This document shows positions 61,800 through 64,000 of a stretch of DNA of 64,000 nucleotides, in pieces; the first letter of the stretch is position 1, and every line of letters starts with the position of its first letter. A program made the translations under genes and the position numbers. The notes under the pieces were generated by a model. It did not search any database. It was not told where the DNA came from and saw only the letters and a list, made by a program, of their open reading frames with translations. The stretch covers positions 20,570,642-20,634,641 of the forward strand of contig CP154954.1 in assembly GCA_039621445.1 (NCBI GenBank), given 5' to 3'. This stretch comes from Euglena gracilis. Taxonomy: Eukaryota.

Positions 61800-63467
61800 A
61801 TGGACGCCGCGCTGCTGACGGCCCTACAGAGAGCCCTGGCGGAGGTCAGCGCAGATCAGGCGTCGTTTGGCCCGGTGCCTTTCCCTGCACAACCTCGTCA
61901 AAAGAGGTCCGCGGGCCGTTCTGGGATGGTGACCGCGAACCAGCGGGGGCCAACCGGGCAAGGGCGTTGGCAACGTGTGGAAACAAGGGACCCTGGACCC
62001 TGGGGGGCACAAATAGGAACTAGAATCAATGCCAGAAGGGAGGGGGCGAAGTGCCGCCGTTCCCTCACGTCATTTGGCATTTGAATGTCTTAAGCGCAAT
62101 TTCCATTCGCAACATCAGATTTCCCGGGAAAGGTTGCTCAGTCAGGGAGGGATATGCAACAAGGCCCCTTAAAATATCCAATGCAAAAAAAATGCAAAAA
62201 AATGCAAAAATCACGACCATAGCTGCACTTTTCCTACGTTCATTTGTGTTTCAGATGGTGTTCTTGGTCATTTGGTTTAAACGTGGCTTACATGGGTTAC
62301 CAATTGACGCCCCTGGGCAATTGTCACCCCCCCCTGTGCTGCCCAACTTGTCACGCGACAATTGCCCGGGGGGGGGGCGAGTATTCCCCCCCTGCAAGAA
62401 TCACACACACAGTTCCAGGGTGCCATCCCCATCCCGTTCACACCGGCCCAATGGGGCCTGGCGGTGGGGGCAGCGACCCGAGCGAGGGGGCGGCGCTGGT
62501 TGGGCGGCCGGTCACCATCAAGGCCCCGGAGGAGGTGTGGGCGGTGCTGAGCTCCACCGTGGGGTTCGCGCTGAGCGACGGCGACAGGGAGGACCTGCAG
62601 CTGATGTGCGTCGCGGTGGGGGACCAGGGGTCGGCAGGCTTCGCCTTGGCCGGGGCATTTCCTTCCTTTCTTCGAAGCTGTTGCCTGCCACCATAGGGCA
62701 CAAAAAATCATTTCGTTCATTCCTGTGAATATCCGCACATGCGAATAAGAACTAATGGATAATAATTTTCTTGCATTTTTCTCTTCATTTTAGCACGCCC
62801 GACTTTCACATTCGGAGCCAGGAAAAGCTCTTGGAGAGTGTGCCGATGAAATGGTTTCATTTGGTCTGCAATATGGTGGCTTTATGGGCGGTTTTTCTTA
62901 ATTTCTGGTGATTTGGGCAAGAACCAAAAGGGAGTTTGCACAACAGTGTGGAATTTGAATGGGGGGAAATCGGTACCCTGTATAAGTTAAATTTTAGGAA
63001 TATCTTGCGGTATAGTCCAGAATCTTTGCACACCTTTTTGGGTTTTTGACGTTTCCACTAAAATTGAAAAAAATATCGTCAAACGGCTGAAAACCAAATT
63101 TCTTAACGAATTCTGACCGAAAGCAACCCAAAACAGTGATCTTTTGAACCCATGCCTCTCAATCAAATTGCTGGTCAAAATGGTCCAATTCAGCCTAAAT
63201 GACATGAAGTGCCAATGTCCGGAAATTGCAAGTTCAGCTCGGGCCAGTTTGAAGCATTTTAGTCCAGTATTGAACGCCAAAATGGCACTTCTCTGACCTT
63301 ACAAGATTGCCAACAGCAACCGTTTTTGGACATTCTTAATGCGCTTTTTTCTTACTAATACCGCATAATCCTGCATAATTTGGAAAATATTTTTGTCTGT
63401 TTGTCTTGTCTAGGCCCCTGTCGCCGGCCAGTGTGGTGAGGTTCGGACCTTCGACAGTTCTGATGGT
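61800..63467 (+). CDS. Gene C, 5' part of a paralogue of gene B (exons 61800-61853, 62466-62621, 63426-~63467; probably continues past the window)
   Basis: MDAALLTALQRALAE resembles gene [33 protein letters not shown]...AVG|GQCGEVRTFDSSD resembles gene [19 protein letters not shown]...[16 protein letters not shown], with the intron at the same codon. Confidence 0.8.
61854..62465 (+). other. Non-conventional intron (gene C)
   Basis: gatCAGGCGTCGTTTGGCCCGGTG...CACCGGCCCAATGGGGCCTGgcggt; phase 0. Confidence 0.8.
62622..63425 (+). other. Non-conventional intron (gene C)
   Basis: gacCAGGGG...CCCCTGtcgcc; same codon position as intron 21705-22011. Confidence 0.8.
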
Positions 63468-64000
63468 CTTCTGGGTCCTGCAACTGCATTGGCAAATGCT
63501 TTGGGACCGATTAATTTGTCTCCCTCCAATCAGTATCCATGTTTATTAGATGGTGGCCCCAAGAGGGATATCAATTTGAAGGGTTGGCCAATGTCCTTGG
63601 GTTTCTTGAAAGGATTTGGTTACAGTTAGGGTTGTTCGGCCGAAGTTAAGCCCACTCCTGTCGATCCTTTGGGGGGGGGGGGCAGCGCGTTCCCAAAGGC
63701 GGCAGAGGGACAGGGGAAGGGAAAGATAAAGGCTGCCGTATGGCTGCACCTCACAAGGGGGACCGGCAGCCCCTTTCTTCAGTCACGTCAAAGGAGCTCT
63801 GGGGGTAATGGGATTTGGGTTTCGGTATTAAGGATTAGTTACGTCCGTTCTGATGTTGACAGAAATTAGCCAATCGAGTTAGGTCCTATTTAGGTTGAAC
63901 AGTCTGAACCTTCATGCTGCTCCTTCAACAACCAAGGACTCGACCGAGTGTCAAGCTTGATATCCCCCAGGGGCAGAGGGGTGTAAAAATTAACTTGCCA

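Noticed and set aside
1-64000. Prokaryotic or phage systems, rRNA/tRNA genes, an intact transposase
   Set aside because: No operon-like long ORFs, RNA-gene signatures or DDE transposase frame were recognised. Any autonomous element must lie elsewhere or be fragmented.

Overview
Eukaryotic nuclear DNA, most likely from a euglenid (inferred from intron type, not from a database match). The supplied ORF track is mostly noise because the real genes are split into short GC-rich exons. Three + strand genes can be stitched by hand. (A) An INCENP-like gene, 234-8217, ending in a complete IN-box. (B) A multidomain Mind-bomb-like/SPRY gene, 16329 to about 42490, with 2 SPRY, 3 SH3-like repeats, 2 ZZ/C1-like zinc fingers, MIB-HERC2 and SAM. 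(C) The 5' part of a paralogue of B, from 61800. The introns I could resolve are not GT-AG. They are non-conventional introns with base-paired ends and a fixed geometry: exon | 3 nt + stem (often CAG...) ... (...CTG) stem + 5 nt | exon. The same window holds young non-autonomous elements with CAG...CTG terminal inverted repeats and perfect 8-bp target-site duplications (TSDs), as in hAT-type MITEs. Since 3+5 = 8, splicing such an intron removes the element plus exactly one TSD copy and restores the reading frame. One intron present in only one of two duplicated domains (18991-19332) still carries a 7/8 TSD. This points to a transposon-driven intron-generating (introner) system. The rest is other MITE families, microsatellites and decayed repeats. 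Exon boundaries marked ~ are approximate, and nothing has been checked against transcripts.
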